From contig OY969814.1 of the NCBI GenBank assembly GCA_963703345.1, positions 640,001 to 704,000 of the forward strand: DNA of 64,000 bases. Direction: 5' to 3'. This document shows positions 1 through 9,363 of the stretch, one piece after another (position 1 is the stretch's first letter; every line of letters begins with the position of its first letter). The notes below the pieces were generated by a model. The model worked only from the letters and a program-made list of their open reading frames with translations. It was not told where the DNA came from and searched no databases. The DNA comes from an uncultured Chloroflexia bacterium. GTDB taxonomy: Bacteria; Chloroflexota; Dehalococcoidia; DSTF01; JALHUB01. The translations under genes and the position numbers were made by a program.

Positions 1-771
1 CGGCAAGTGGGGGAGGTCACTCATGGTCACCCACGGCCACTCACGCTTCGGATCGTATGCGTACTGACCCATCCTGAGAATCAGCACGTTGACCGCTGCC
101 TTGATCCACTCAATTTCCTCTGGGGTGTGATCACGAGGCACGAGTGGCATCTTGCGTGCTGTTTGCTCGTTTCCGACTTCGGTACTAAGGTGGCCCAGCT
201 TGCTAAGTACGTGCAATGCCACAGAATAGCGATTCGACGCCGCAGACCGGCCCCCTGCTCTTCTTTGGAGAACTGTCAGGCAGAAATAGGCCATGTCGGT
301 CAGCCGCACCCGGTGATCTAGATAGCTGCGAAACAGAAACCACATGGTCTCGACGTCCGGAGAGATGTCGAAGTCGACAGGCGGATCTGGATACTTCCTG
401 CTGGTGACGCTGAGTGTGGGGGGCAAGGCAACGGCCACCGCGACGGCCACAGGAACATGCACGATTTGGGGACTTCCCGGCGGTGGCGGGTCGCGATCAA
501 TAATTTTCGCCGACTCGAACTCAAAGTGGAAGCCAGAGGTGCCCGACCGAAGGGCCGTTCCCATCTCCCACCTGTCCAAATACGTCTTGACGCCTTGTCG
601 TGCGTCTTCTTCGGACGGGTAATGCGTCTGCATTTCGAAGGTCGCGATGTCGTCGCGCAGGGTCAGGCGGAAGTCATTGGTGTTCCACTGGACTGGCGGT
701 GGATTGTCAAAAATAATGCCTGCTGCGGCGATGGCTCGATAGCGCAGCAACTGGACGTGTGGATCTCTCAT
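1..771 (-). CDS. Hypothetical protein, cargo of the integrated element; runs off the left edge of the window
   Basis: Manual translation from ATG at 771 (MRDPHVQLLRYRAIAAAGIIFDNPPP...VTMSDLPHLP) is open for 257 codons to position 1. Absent from the ORF track because there is no stop in the window. Confidence 0.75.
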   Translation of the reverse strand, partial: MRDPHVQLLRYRAIAAAGIIFDNPPPVQWNTNDFRLTLRDDIATFEMQTHYPSEEDARQGVKTYLDRWEMGTALRSGTSGFHFEFESAKIIDRDPPPPGSPQIVHVPVAVAVAVALPPTLSVTSRKYPDPPVDFDISPDVETMWFLFRSYLDHRVRLTDMAYFCLTVLQRRAGGRSAASNRYSVALHVLSKLGHLSTEVGNEQTARKMPLVPRDHTPEEIEWIKAAVNVLILRMGQYAYDPKREWPWVTMSDLPHLP

Positions 772-818
772 CGAATTGCATCCCTTCCGCGCTATTCTGC
801 GCTTCCGCTCTAGGCGCG

Positions 819-1451
819 TCAAGGGGCTGTAACGCTTAGGCCGGCCGAAAGCTCCTTGTCGCCCGCAAGCGCTAGCGCCTTGTGGCGGCGCAGGTGACAG
901 GGCCGACATCTAAGTTCAAAACCTTCAGGCCAGCAGCCGTTCTCGTCGTGGTAGCGCACCATAGCCCGGTAGAGGCGGGTTCCGACACCATCGCGTAGAG
1001 GCCCAGCAGGATATCGGATGTCGCCCCGACCATAGATGTGATCTAGGTGGTCGCCCCGTGGCCCGCATCCGTTCTGGCCGACCGGAACACCACAGTCGAC
1101 GCATTTGCCCCCGTAGCCGGCGAGCACCTTAGAGCGGACGGCCGCGTTGCGCGCCCGATCCCGCTCCCGCGCGCCCTCCAGATCAGCAGTGCGGTGGGCC
1201 CGGTTCAGTGCGTTCCTATGCGTCGGCTGACATTCTGGGCAGTGTAAGGGAGGCCGGGTCGTCGATATCATACGAGCGCCGCAACCAACGCATTCGGTGA
1301 GTAGGTTGGCCCCGTAGCGCTTGCGCTTCAGTGTGTTGTCTCGCTTCCGCTGACACTCTGGACAGCGCCACCGGACGCCCGTTGCTGGCTGGACGATAGG
1401 CACGCCGCAATCTAGGCAATGAGTAGGGCGGGCGACCTTCTTGTAAGACAT
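819..1451 (-). CDS. Zinc-ribbon / HNH endonuclease-like protein
   Basis: Multiple CxxC pairs, then YGGKCVDCG...HLDH...LRCRPCH. Probable start is the ATG of MSYKKV at 1451. Confidence 0.7.
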   Translation of the reverse strand: MSYKKVARPTHCLDCGVPIVQPATGVRWRCPECQRKRDNTLKRKRYGANLLTECVGCGARMISTTRPPLHCPECQPTHRNALNRAHRTADLEGARERDRARNAAVRSKVLAGYGGKCVDCGVPVGQNGCGPRGDHLDHIYGRGDIRYPAGPLRDGVGTRLYRAMVRYHDENGCWPEGFELRCRPCHLRRHKALALAGDKELSAGLSVTAP

Positions 1452-1644
1452 CTTCTCATAGTGAGTAACGAACGAGTGGCCCCAATGTGTCGAAGAAAAG
1501 GGGCAGATTGCTAGGGGGTAGGTTGCGCCTAGCGATAGACCGAGTAATAAGTGGCACCGACCGGCGTTGTTGTAGGTGATCGCGCATCCGAGACGCCCTT
1601 CAGAGCTGCTAGGTTGTGCCGATGATAGAGGTGAGGGAATCAGG

Positions 1645-3366
1645 ATGAAGAAGGCATTGGGCATCGCGAGGGTTTCGACTGAACGGCAGTCGGCAAATGA
1701 TAGAGTATCGCACGCCGAACAAGCCGCCAAGATTCGCGCGTGGGCAGAGGCCAACGGCTACACTTGCGTCGGCGTGCTAGAAGAGACCGTCAGCCGTAAC
1801 AAGGAACTCGACCCGGACGATCACGATAGCCGTCCGATATTCTGGCAGGCCTGGGATCGCTTGAAGTCCGGCGAGGTCGATGCGCTGGTGTTCTGGGTGC
1901 CCGACCGATTCTGCGCTGGCCAAGGCGGGGCCGACTTCGTCTACTGGCTCGCCCAGAGCCGCAAGTACGGCGACGGGATCCGATTCACGGAGAATGAGCC
2001 GCCACGCGACGGCGCTTACGCGACCATCATGAACGCCGTCGCCGGCTCTCAGGCCCATGCTAGCTGGGATCGGCTGATCGAGATTATGAAGGCCGGGAGG
2101 GAAGGCCACGCCAAGCGCGGCGAGTTCGCCGGCGGCGCATTGCCCTTCTGGATTAAATGGGTAAAGCCGGTCAAGAACGACGATGGCTCGGTGACAAGAG
2201 GCTACTTCGAACTCAAAGCCGAAGAGTCTGCCTTGATGCACCGAATTATCGACCTGTTTGAGGGCGGCCTCGGTAGCGAGAAAATTGCGAACATCCTGAC
2301 CGATGAGCGTGTTCCTACGCCGTCCAGCCGCAGTCCCCAGTGGCGCGAGCACAGCAAGAAGCGCCGGGCGAATGTCTGGGACGGTGCTACCATCCTGTCC
2401 TGCCTCCACAATCGGGCCCTCTGCGGCGAATACATCTTCGGGGGCCGGCCCCGCGGCAAGCTCGACACGCGGGCCCAAGAGCCGGTCATCGTCCCGGTGC
2501 CTCCACTGATCACTAGTGAGCGCTTTGACGCCGTCCAGCAACAAATGATGCGCAATAAGAAGTCTGGAACGGCGCGCCAATCGAGCGGCTGGCCGCTACA
2601 GGGGCTGATACTGAGCGAGGCGTGCGGATACCTCTACTCGGCGCGCACGGATGGCCGCACACAGCGCCGTGTTTACCGCTGTCCCGGCAGACAGGCCAGG
2701 CGGCACCGTGTGGACGGGAATACGTGTCACTGCCCGCCTTTGCCCGCTGACGGGCTTGAGCGGGCGGTTGTAGCGGCCGTGCGCCGGCTACTACAGGATC
2801 CAGACGCACGCCGCAAGGCCGTGGGTGACTACATCGCCAGCCTAGAAAGCCGGAAGGCGGTGCTGGCGGGCCAGTTGGGGCCGCTCGATACTGACCTCGA
2901 CCGGATCCAGACGGCCATCGATGACATGACAGTTGCGGTATCCCTAGGCCGGTTGTCGCGGGATAGGTACGACGCGGAAGTGGCTAAGCTGGAGGCCGAA
3001 CGGATAATGCTGCAGCACCGGCGGGAGAATTTCGGAGCCGTCGAGCGCGAGCTTCGGCAAGTCGAGGAATCGCTGGCCGATATCAACAGCGCGATTGATG
3101 ATGGGCTACTCCACATCAGCGTCGTAGCGCACGGCGGGCACGGGAAGCCTAGCGCCATTGCGTGGCTGGACACCGACTCGGACGATTTCGTGCTGCGGCA
3201 AGAATCCTTTGCCGACCTAGTGCGCCGGCTACGTCTTCGGGTCGTGGTGCGCAGCGATGGCCGCATCGAGATCACCGGGCTACTCCAGCCCCTCGCGGTC
3301 ACGCTTCCTGATGGCCCCAGAACTGCTTCGGCTCCCGCAGGTTCGGATAGACGACGAAGGGGATGA
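1645..3366 (+). CDS. Large serine recombinase (integrase)
   Basis: N-terminal ARVSTERQ catalytic motif, recombinase domain, Cys-containing ribbon (ACG..YRC..CHC) and coiled coil. ATG at 1645 follows a GAGGGA RBS. Confidence 0.92.
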   Translation: MKKALGIARVSTERQSANDRVSHAEQAAKIRAWAEANGYTCVGVLEETVSRNKELDPDDHDSRPIFWQAWDRLKSGEVDALVFWVPDRFCAGQGGADFVYWLAQSRKYGDGIRFTENEPPRDGAYATIMNAVAGSQAHASWDRLIEIMKAGREGHAKRGEFAGGALPFWIKWVKPVKNDDGSVTRGYFELKAEESALMHRIIDLFEGGLGSEKIANILTDERVPTPSSRSPQWREHSKKRRANVWDGATILSCLHNRALCGEYIFGGRPRGKLDTRAQEPVIVPVPPLITSERFDAVQQQMMRNKKSGTARQSSGWPLQGLILSEACGYLYSARTDGRTQRRVYRCPGRQARRHRVDGNTCHCPPLPADGLERAVVAAVRRLLQDPDARRKAVGDYIASLESRKAVLAGQLGPLDTDLDRIQTAIDDMTVAVSLGRLSRDRYDAEVAKLEAERIMLQHRRENFGAVERELRQVEESLADINSAIDDGLLHISVVAHGGHGKPSAIAWLDTDSDDFVLRQESFADLVRRLRLRVVVRSDGRIEITGLLQPLAVTLPDGPRTASAPAGSDRRRRG

Positions 3367-3991
3367 AGCCGTACGGGTTCGCCTTCTGGTCGAGGCGGAT
3401 GTTGTCGACCCACAGCTCGAACTCCTGCTCCGTCCAGACCTCGACGACCTCCGACCCATTCGACCTCGCCTTCGCCGGCGTGACGCCGTACAGCATCTCC
3501 GCCTCTTCCGGCAGCAGCGTGTAGCGACTGGCGACGCGCCACACCCGCGACGTGTCGTCGCCCAGCCACCAGACGAAGATGCCCTGCACGTCCGGCGCCG
3601 ACACGCGCACCCGCCGCTCCGCCGTGTCCCAGGTCACCTTGAAGACGCCGTCGCCGAGGACCGACGCGTCGAGCTCCGTCTCCAGGTCGAGCTGCGCGAG
3701 CTGGTTCGCCTCGTAGACGTCCCGCAGCGCCTTCTCCGCCCGACGCGCGGCGTCCTGCGCCTCCGCCGACTCGTCCAGCGGGTCGACGGCGAAGCTCAGC
3801 CCCGACATCATGTATGACACCGTCTTCTCGATGAGCGCCTTCGCGTAGTTGAAGACGAGCCGCCGCTCACGACGGTTCCGCTGGTTGTCGGGCCACTGCT
3901 CGCCCTGGTAGAAGGCGAGGTTGTCGGCATACGCCCGCAGCCGCGTCTTGTCGAGGCTGGCGAGCTGTTGGGGAAGCGTGAGTCCGGTCAT
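3299..3991 (-). pseudogene. Phage portal protein, 5' part only (interrupted)
   Basis: AFYQGEQW, LVFNYAKALIEK, LGDGVFKV and NPYGFIPFV motifs of SPP1-like portals. Only 230 aa, ending at the integrase junction. Confidence 0.8.
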
Positions 3992-4017
3992 TTCTAAGCT
4001 CCTTTAGTCTGATGACG

Positions 4018-4320
4018 TTACCCACAACGTCTGAGAATGCGGAAAACCGTCCGCCGTGACAGCGCGAATCGCCGCGCCAGGGCGTCGATGGGCAGGCGCT
4101 CGCAGCGTCGCAGTCGCGCAATCTCCTCGTCGCGGGGCAGCGTGCGCAGGCGTCGCGTGCCGCCCGGCAGGTCGTAGCGACACAGCGGCAGGCGGCAGTT
4201 GAGGCAGGAGGGCGATAGGTCGCAGCCCTCGTCGCGATAGCGCACCTGCTCCGGCAGCGCATCGACGACCGACTGCGCTTCATCGCCAGCTTGGGGCAGG
4301 TCATCCAGTTGCGCCGTCAT
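4018..4320 (-). CDS. Cys-rich protein with C-terminal helix-turn-helix
   Basis: YRDEGCDLSPSCLNCRLPLC followed by IDALARRFALSRRTVFRIL. ATGA overlap with the terminase stop. Confidence 0.75.
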   Translation of the reverse strand: MTAQLDDLPQAGDEAQSVVDALPEQVRYRDEGCDLSPSCLNCRLPLCRYDLPGGTRRLRTLPRDEEIARLRRCERLPIDALARRFALSRRTVFRILRRCG

Positions 4321-5737
4321 CTCGAGCGTCCCTCCCCCGCCTCGCGAAGGCGACCCCGCGCCGTCCGCGGCCTGCTGTCCGCCGCCGCCTCCACGGTGAG
4401 CGCCGCGCTCATCAGGTAGTCGTCGTGTCCCTCCGTCGGGTCGACGAAGAAGTTCATCGTTTGATTGGCGCGATAGGCGACGCGCGCCGCCTCCGCCTGC
4501 CGCCGGAACTCGCCGTATTCGTCCGAGGCGTCGCCGGCGTACATGCGCAGCCGGCCGCCGTTCACCGCCGCCAGCAGCGCGTAGCCCAGCCGCGACTTGC
4601 TTTCGCCCGTGAAGCGGAACGGCCGCACGACCTCCTGCCCCAGCGCCGCCGCCAGAAGCCGCGACAGCGTCTCGCCCAGGCCCGTCGCGTCCACCGCGAC
4701 CCGCCGGACGCGCCACGCGCGCCCCAGCACGTTCGACAAGACGCGCCAGCAGCGCGTCGTGTGGCTCGTCCGTCCAGGCGTAGTGCTCGACGATCTCGAT
4801 GCTCGGCTCCTGCACGAGGGCGGCGCGCGACGGATGCGACACGCGGGCAATCGTCAGCACCGTTGCGTCGCGACGCGGGGAGGCCGCCGCCGACGGGTCC
4901 AGCGCCGCGCCGGCGATGTCCAGCCCCGCGACGTACGTCTCCCCCGGCGCCGGCGTCGATTGCCGTCCGTGCGTACCCTGGAGTTGAGCGCGTTGCTGCC
5001 GGTCGAAAAGCCGCCCGCCGCCGTGCAGCGGCCGCAGGCAGTATTGCGTCAGAAAGAGCGGATGGCTCTCGCCCAGGCGCAGTCGCTCCGCCTCCACGAA
5101 CCGTCCGTAGGCCGCGTTGTGCTTCGCGACGCGCTGCCAATCGAATTCGAAGTGGCGGCGGACGCCGTCGCGACGCTCCGCTTCCAGGTTGGCCTGCTTC
5201 GTCCGCTCCAGCAGCGTGCGGTCATCCCAGGCAGTGCCAGAGAACCGTCGTCGCGCCGGTCGAGGCTGCCATGGGACGGAACTCCTTGTCGAACTTCTCC
5301 GCGTCGACGTCCTGCGCCTCGTCCACCTCCAGCAGCACCTGCGCCGTGTGCCCGACGACGTTGCTCTCGCGCTCCGCCGACAGGAAGAGCTGCCGCGCCT
5401 TGCCGACGCTGATCACCCGTCCCTGCTGCCGCGTCGAGATCGACGCCAGACCAAGCTCGCCGAGGCGCGCCCAGAGGCGTCGCATGCTTATGCGGCACTG
5501 CGGCTCGAACGTGGGCGCGCACTTCACGGAGTCGACGTCGCGCAGCATGTTCGCTACCAGCAGAAACGCCTCCAGTTGCGCCGAAAGCTCGTTCTTGCCG
5601 CCCTGTCGTGCCATCTCCACCGAGATCGTCAGCCCTTTGCGATTGAAGACGCTGTTCAGCACCGCGCGCGCCACTTCGACCTGGTAGGGGCGCAGGCGGC
5701 ATCGGACCAACGCTGTCGGCTCGGCTGTCGCGACCAT
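4317..5737 (-). pseudogene. Terminase large subunit-like gene split by two frameshifts (about 5239 and about 4732)
   Basis: LRPYQ, MARQGGKNE (Walker A-like) and LLEVDEAQD (Walker B) in the first frame. AGLDIAG, VAVDATGLG and HDDYLMS nuclease motifs lie in two further frames. Confidence 0.8.
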
Positions 5738-5955
5738 CAGCGCACCAGCCCCAGCACGAACTGCGTGATTACGACGCCGATGATCAGGAAGATGAGGCCG
5801 TTCACGCGCCCCTTCACCTCGTCGAGCTGCTTCTCCAGGTTGCGCAGCCGCTCCTCGACGACGGCGTGGAAGGCGGCGCTTGGAGACGCGCCCCGACGCA
5901 CGGTCCGTCGCTGCGGCCGCGCCTGCCCGCTAGTCTTCGCTTCCGGCGATGTCAC
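5737..5955 (-). CDS. Small coiled-coil protein with C-terminal TM helix
   Basis: EERLRNLEKQLDEVK followed by a hydrophobic tail. Overlapping operon arrangement. Confidence 0.65.
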   Translation of the reverse strand: MTSPEAKTSGQARPQRRTVRRGASPSAAFHAVVEERLRNLEKQLDEVKGRVNGLIFLIIGVVITQFVLGLVR

Positions 5956-6298
5956 CTTCTCCCTCCGGGCTCATCATCCTGCCGTATTCCTCGATCGTCG
6001 CCCTGACGCTCTCGGAAAGTTCGGCTTTCGCGTCCTTCGACAGCCGGTAGCTGGCGGAAAGCGCCTTCACCAGCATCTCGACCCCCTTCAGCATCAGCGT
6101 CATGTTTTCCGGATGCTCCTCCAGCGCCCGTCGCAGCCGCAGTCGCAGCACCGCGATCTCCTGGTCGAGGCCCTGCACTTCGCGCGCGACCGCCAGTGCG
6201 ACCTTGTCGCCCTCCGGCACCGCCGAGTCGTAGAAGCCTTCGACGTCCGACGGCCGCCGGCAGCGACGTCGCGGGCGCTTCTTGCTAGCGCCGGTCAC
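5930..6298 (-). CDS. Hypothetical protein, possible terminase small subunit
   Basis: GFY...GLDQEIAVLRLRL helical pattern, located upstream of terL. Function is inferred from position. Confidence 0.55.
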   Translation of the reverse strand: MTGASKKRPRRRCRRPSDVEGFYDSAVPEGDKVALAVAREVQGLDQEIAVLRLRLRRALEEHPENMTLMLKGVEMLVKALSASYRLSKDAKAELSESVRATIEEYGRMMSPEGEGDIAGSED

Positions 6299-6440
6299 GC
6301 GGCAAGCCTTCCAGCACTTCCAGCAGGCCGGTCAGCGCGTCCGGCGGCAGCTTCGCCGTCACCTCGGCCAGGCCAAGCAGCAGGTACAGCGCCACGACGT
6401 TCCACTCCCGCCTCTCAACCGCAATCGCCAATCGAGACAT
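6285..6440 (-). CDS. Small hydrophobic protein (51 aa), not in the ORF track
   Basis: MSRLAIAVERREWNVVALYLLLGLAEVTAKLPPDALTGLLEVLEGLPRDRR*. Has an AGGAG RBS and fills the operon gap. Confidence 0.6.
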   Translation of the reverse strand: MSRLAIAVERREWNVVALYLLLGLAEVTAKLPPDALTGLLEVLEGLPRDRR

Positions 6441-6452
6441 ATCTCCGCTCCT

Positions 6453-6770
6453 CTAGCGCCGTCTTTCCTGACGCAGGATCAGCGCTGAAATGAATGCCGT
6501 GCCTGCCAGCAGCGCCAGTCGCGCCGAAAGCCAGGCCGGCGGCCAGAAGAATCCCTCAAGCGAGCCCTGCCAGCGATAGGTCCAGTACAGCGCCAGCGAG
6601 AAGCCGCCTTCGACGGCGATGGCCGCGTTCAGCAGAGCCAACGCCGCGCTCCCGACGCGATGCGACGCCCGCGAGCCCCGCGTGGCCCATCGCTTCGAGA
6701 AGTAGGCGGCGTTGAAACCGGCGCAGAAAATGGTGGCAAAGTCCTGTAGCAGGACGAGAACGTCCGCCAT
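6453..6770 (-). CDS. Small membrane protein (about 3 TM), first gene of the packaging cluster
   Basis: Three hydrophobic segments, downstream of the promoter at 6865-6893. Confidence 0.6.
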   Translation of the reverse strand: MADVLVLLQDFATIFCAGFNAAYFSKRWATRGSRASHRVGSAALALLNAAIAVEGGFSLALYWTYRWQGSLEGFFWPPAWLSARLALLAGTAFISALILRQERRR

Positions 6771-6864
6771 AAAAATCCGTCCGTGTCGAGCGAGTGTTTA
6801 GGAGACCCTCATCAGTGTGGTTTCGCCGTTCCCTCGGAGGTTCTCAGGAGGAGGGATGGAAGGA

Positions 6865-6893
6865 AGAATAGAACACCCGTGCTATTCCGTCAA
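6865..6893 (-). promoter_or_regulatory. Sigma70-type promoter with a LexA/SOS-box-like palindrome in the spacer
   Basis: Minus strand TTGACG-N17-TATTCT. AGAAC-ACCC-GTGCT at 6870-6883 is one mismatch from AGAAC-N4-GTTCT. Confidence 0.7.
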
Positions 6894-7124
6894 TCGGGGA
6901 ATGTCACTATTCTTGGCCGCATGGGGGATAACCGCCTCGTCAGGCGCGTTTTCACCGGCGGTGGTAAGATGGCGTACAGGGTCAACCGACGAAGAGGGGA
7001 GGAGAAGGTGGTTGCGGCTACCGCGTCCGGCTGACCGACTTGTTGCAGTGCGATGCCTCCCTATCGCTGATACAGTGGGATTCCCTGGGAATTGCGGTGC
7101 TGATATGGAGGCAACAAAACAATT

Positions 7125-7574
7125 ATGAAAAAGAATCCAGTGTTATCCGTGATGGCACTAGTAGTAGTCGCCGCCTTGGCCGAGGGTTCTTGTGCATCAT
7201 CCACGAAGCAAGGAGACGGGGGATCTAGTTCGAATACGCCAACTCCGTCAGCTACGTCAGCAGGCGATTCAGACATAGACAGTATCATTCGGAATTTGGT
7301 CCTAAGCGAAGCCGGTCCAAGTATCAAAGACGTGAGAGTCGAGCACAAAACCTATTACACCGACTCATCTGGTACCGACTGGATACGATTCATCGTGTAC
7401 CCCATACCCGCAGGGGTAACGGACCCTGCTTCCGGAATCCTAACAAAAGTCTCGGCGGGAAAGTGGGAGCTAGTCAACCTTGGAACGGGTCGTGTTGAGT
7501 GTGGTCTTCCACCGGATGTCCAGACGGGCCTGGGATTTACCATTTGCACGCCGGTGCCTAAGCGAGGGCCATGA
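7125..7574 (+). CDS. Putative lipoprotein / exported protein
   Basis: Signal peptide ending in Cys, S/T-rich linker, lower GC than the flanks. Confidence 0.65.
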   Translation: MKKNPVLSVMALVVVAALAEGSCASSTKQGDGGSSSNTPTPSATSAGDSDIDSIIRNLVLSEAGPSIKDVRVEHKTYYTDSSGTDWIRFIVYPIPAGVTDPASGILTKVSAGKWELVNLGTGRVECGLPPDVQTGLGFTICTPVPKRGP

Positions 7575-7692
7575 TGATCGTTGACAACAGTGCCACCTTC
7601 ACCCACAACGGCTACAACCAGCTCGTCCAGCACGTCATCGGCGGCAGTGCTGCAACGGGCACGGCAGGAAGCGGGCGCATCGCGGCGCGCCC

Positions 7693-8292
7693 CTAGACGT
7701 TGCGATTGCGTGAAATGTCGTAGTACTCCCGCGCCGCGAGCACGTCCGGATGCACCGTCCACCCCTCGCGACGCGCCCGCTGGAGGTACAGGTCCAGTGC
7801 CCTGACCATCGCCGCGTCCAGGTCCTCCTGCGCCAGGTCGCGCACCTCACGCCACTCCGGATAGTGCGCCAGCTCGTCCGGCTCCGTCTTGTCCGCCAGG
7901 AAGACGACCTTCTCGATGTCCGACATCCCGGCGCGACCCGTCGTGTGATAGCGCACCGCGTCCAGCACCGCCGCGTCGTGGATGCCGAAGCGCTGGGCAA
8001 GCATCCGGGCCGCCATCGCGCCATGCAGTAGCAGCGGCTCCGCCCGCTCCGCCTCGTTCGGCTCGATGCCCGCATCGTGCGCCAGCCGCAGCAGCTCTTC
8101 GCGCGGGGTCACTCGCAGCAGGTCGTGGCCGAGCACCGCCAGCCGCACCCTGGCCTCATCGACGCCATGGAGCCGCGCCAGCCGTTCGCCCACGTCCTCC
8201 ACGCGTTTGACGTGGCTTCGCAGCGGCTCCGGCAGCCGCTCGACCTCACGACGCAGCGACTCCTCGACGTCGGACGCGTCAGCCTTCGGCAT
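7693..8292 (-). CDS. yqeK: YqeK-family HD hydrolase (Ap4A hydrolase)
   Basis: HVKRV, GHD, LLHG, RYHTTG and VFLADKTEP motifs. Confidence 0.85.
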   Translation of the reverse strand: MPKADASDVEESLRREVERLPEPLRSHVKRVEDVGERLARLHGVDEARVRLAVLGHDLLRVTPREELLRLAHDAGIEPNEAERAEPLLLHGAMAARMLAQRFGIHDAAVLDAVRYHTTGRAGMSDIEKVVFLADKTEPDELAHYPEWREVRDLAQEDLDAAMVRALDLYLQRARREGWTVHPDVLAAREYYDISRNRNV

Positions 8293-8620
8293 GCAGGACC
8301 CGACCGCCCAACACGTGCATGTGGAGGTGCATGATCACCTGCCCGCCCTCTAGCCCGACGTTCATCGCCACGCGATAGCCGCTCTCCGCGACGCCCTTCC
8401 TGACGGCCAGCTCCTTCGCGACCTGGATCATGTGGAAGAGGAGCGGCATGTGCGCCTCCGTCACGTCCACCAGCGAGCGTATGTGCTCCCTGGGGATGAC
8501 CATGAAGTGCACCGGCGCCCGCGGGTTGATGTCGTCGATGGCGAACAGCGAGCCGTTCTCGTACAGCTTCTCGACCTGCATCTCGCCGGACGCCATTCGA
8601 CAGAAGAGGCAATCGTCCAT
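8279..8620 (-). CDS. HIT (histidine triad) nucleotide-binding protein
   Basis: DCLFC, DINPRAPVH and HLHMHVLGG motifs. Confidence 0.92.
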   Translation of the reverse strand: MDDCLFCRMASGEMQVEKLYENGSLFAIDDINPRAPVHFMVIPREHIRSLVDVTEAHMPLLFHMIQVAKELAVRKGVAESGYRVAMNVGLEGGQVIMHLHMHVLGGRVLHAEG

Positions 8621-8746
8621 GGCTCCATCCTTTCGCGACGACTTGCACCTCAATATAGCTCATCGCTCGCGCGACGGCGCAACAAGAAGGGACCGACGCC
8701 TTGCGGCGCCGGCCCGTATGTCTGTCTTGACGGTTTTGGAGGGCTT

Positions 8747-9214
8747 CTACTGCGTTAGCTTGTCGACGCAGGCCATGACGGCGTCCATCAGCTTCTGGTC
8801 GATCTCCGGCGGAAGCGTCGAGTCGCCGGATAGGCCTGCCTCACCGATCTGCCTCAGCTCGTCGGTGGTAACGTTCTTCAGGAGCTCATCGATAGCGCAC
8901 GTGCAATACTCCTGCGCCATCTCCGGCGAAACGTCCTGGCCTTGCGCCTCGTCCAGGCACGACTTGACGGCGATTTCACGGAATACTTCCGTGTCCGGCT
9001 CGCTCTTCGGCGGGTTCGCCTGCCACGTTGCGACCTTCTGCGGAGTCGACTGCGCGCTCGTTGTCGTCGTCGCCGCCGTCGTCGCCGCCGTCGCCGCCGC
9101 CGTCGCCCAGATCGACGGGTCTGCTATTTTGCTGCCGCCGCCGCAACCGGCCGCGAGCAGCGCCCCAGCCAGCGAAACGGCCAGCACAATGACCAACAGA
9201 GCTTTCTGTCTCAA
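8747..9214 (-). CDS. Putative lipoprotein
   Basis: Lipobox LAAGC, A/T-rich linker, YCTC motif. Confidence 0.7.
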   Translation of the reverse strand: MRQKALLVIVLAVSLAGALLAAGCGGGSKIADPSIWATAAATAATTAATTTTSAQSTPQKVATWQANPPKSEPDTEVFREIAVKSCLDEAQGQDVSPEMAQEYCTCAIDELLKNVTTDELRQIGEAGLSGDSTLPPEIDQKLMDAVMACVDKLTQ

Positions 9215-9363
9215 GACATACCCCTTTCTGCTCTGCTGGTATCATCGGCAAACCCCTGTCGTCCTCCATCGACCGTTTGGCGTACGCCCCGTCGTCCTTT
9301 CGAGCACGCGAAAAGGCCGGCACCCAAACGATGCCGGCCCTTGCCATTCAAAACGTGTCTTTG

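Larger units (their letters stand above)
1..3316. mobile_element. Right end of an integrative element (serine recombinase, HNH, cargo) inserted into a portal gene
   Basis: The recombinase abuts a portal ORF that loses portal-like sequence right after NLREPKQFWG. Composition also shifts at about 3315. Confidence 0.7.

Noticed and set aside
4700-5250. Programmed ribosomal frameshifting in the terminase
   Set aside because: No slippery heptamer at either site, and two shifts would be required.
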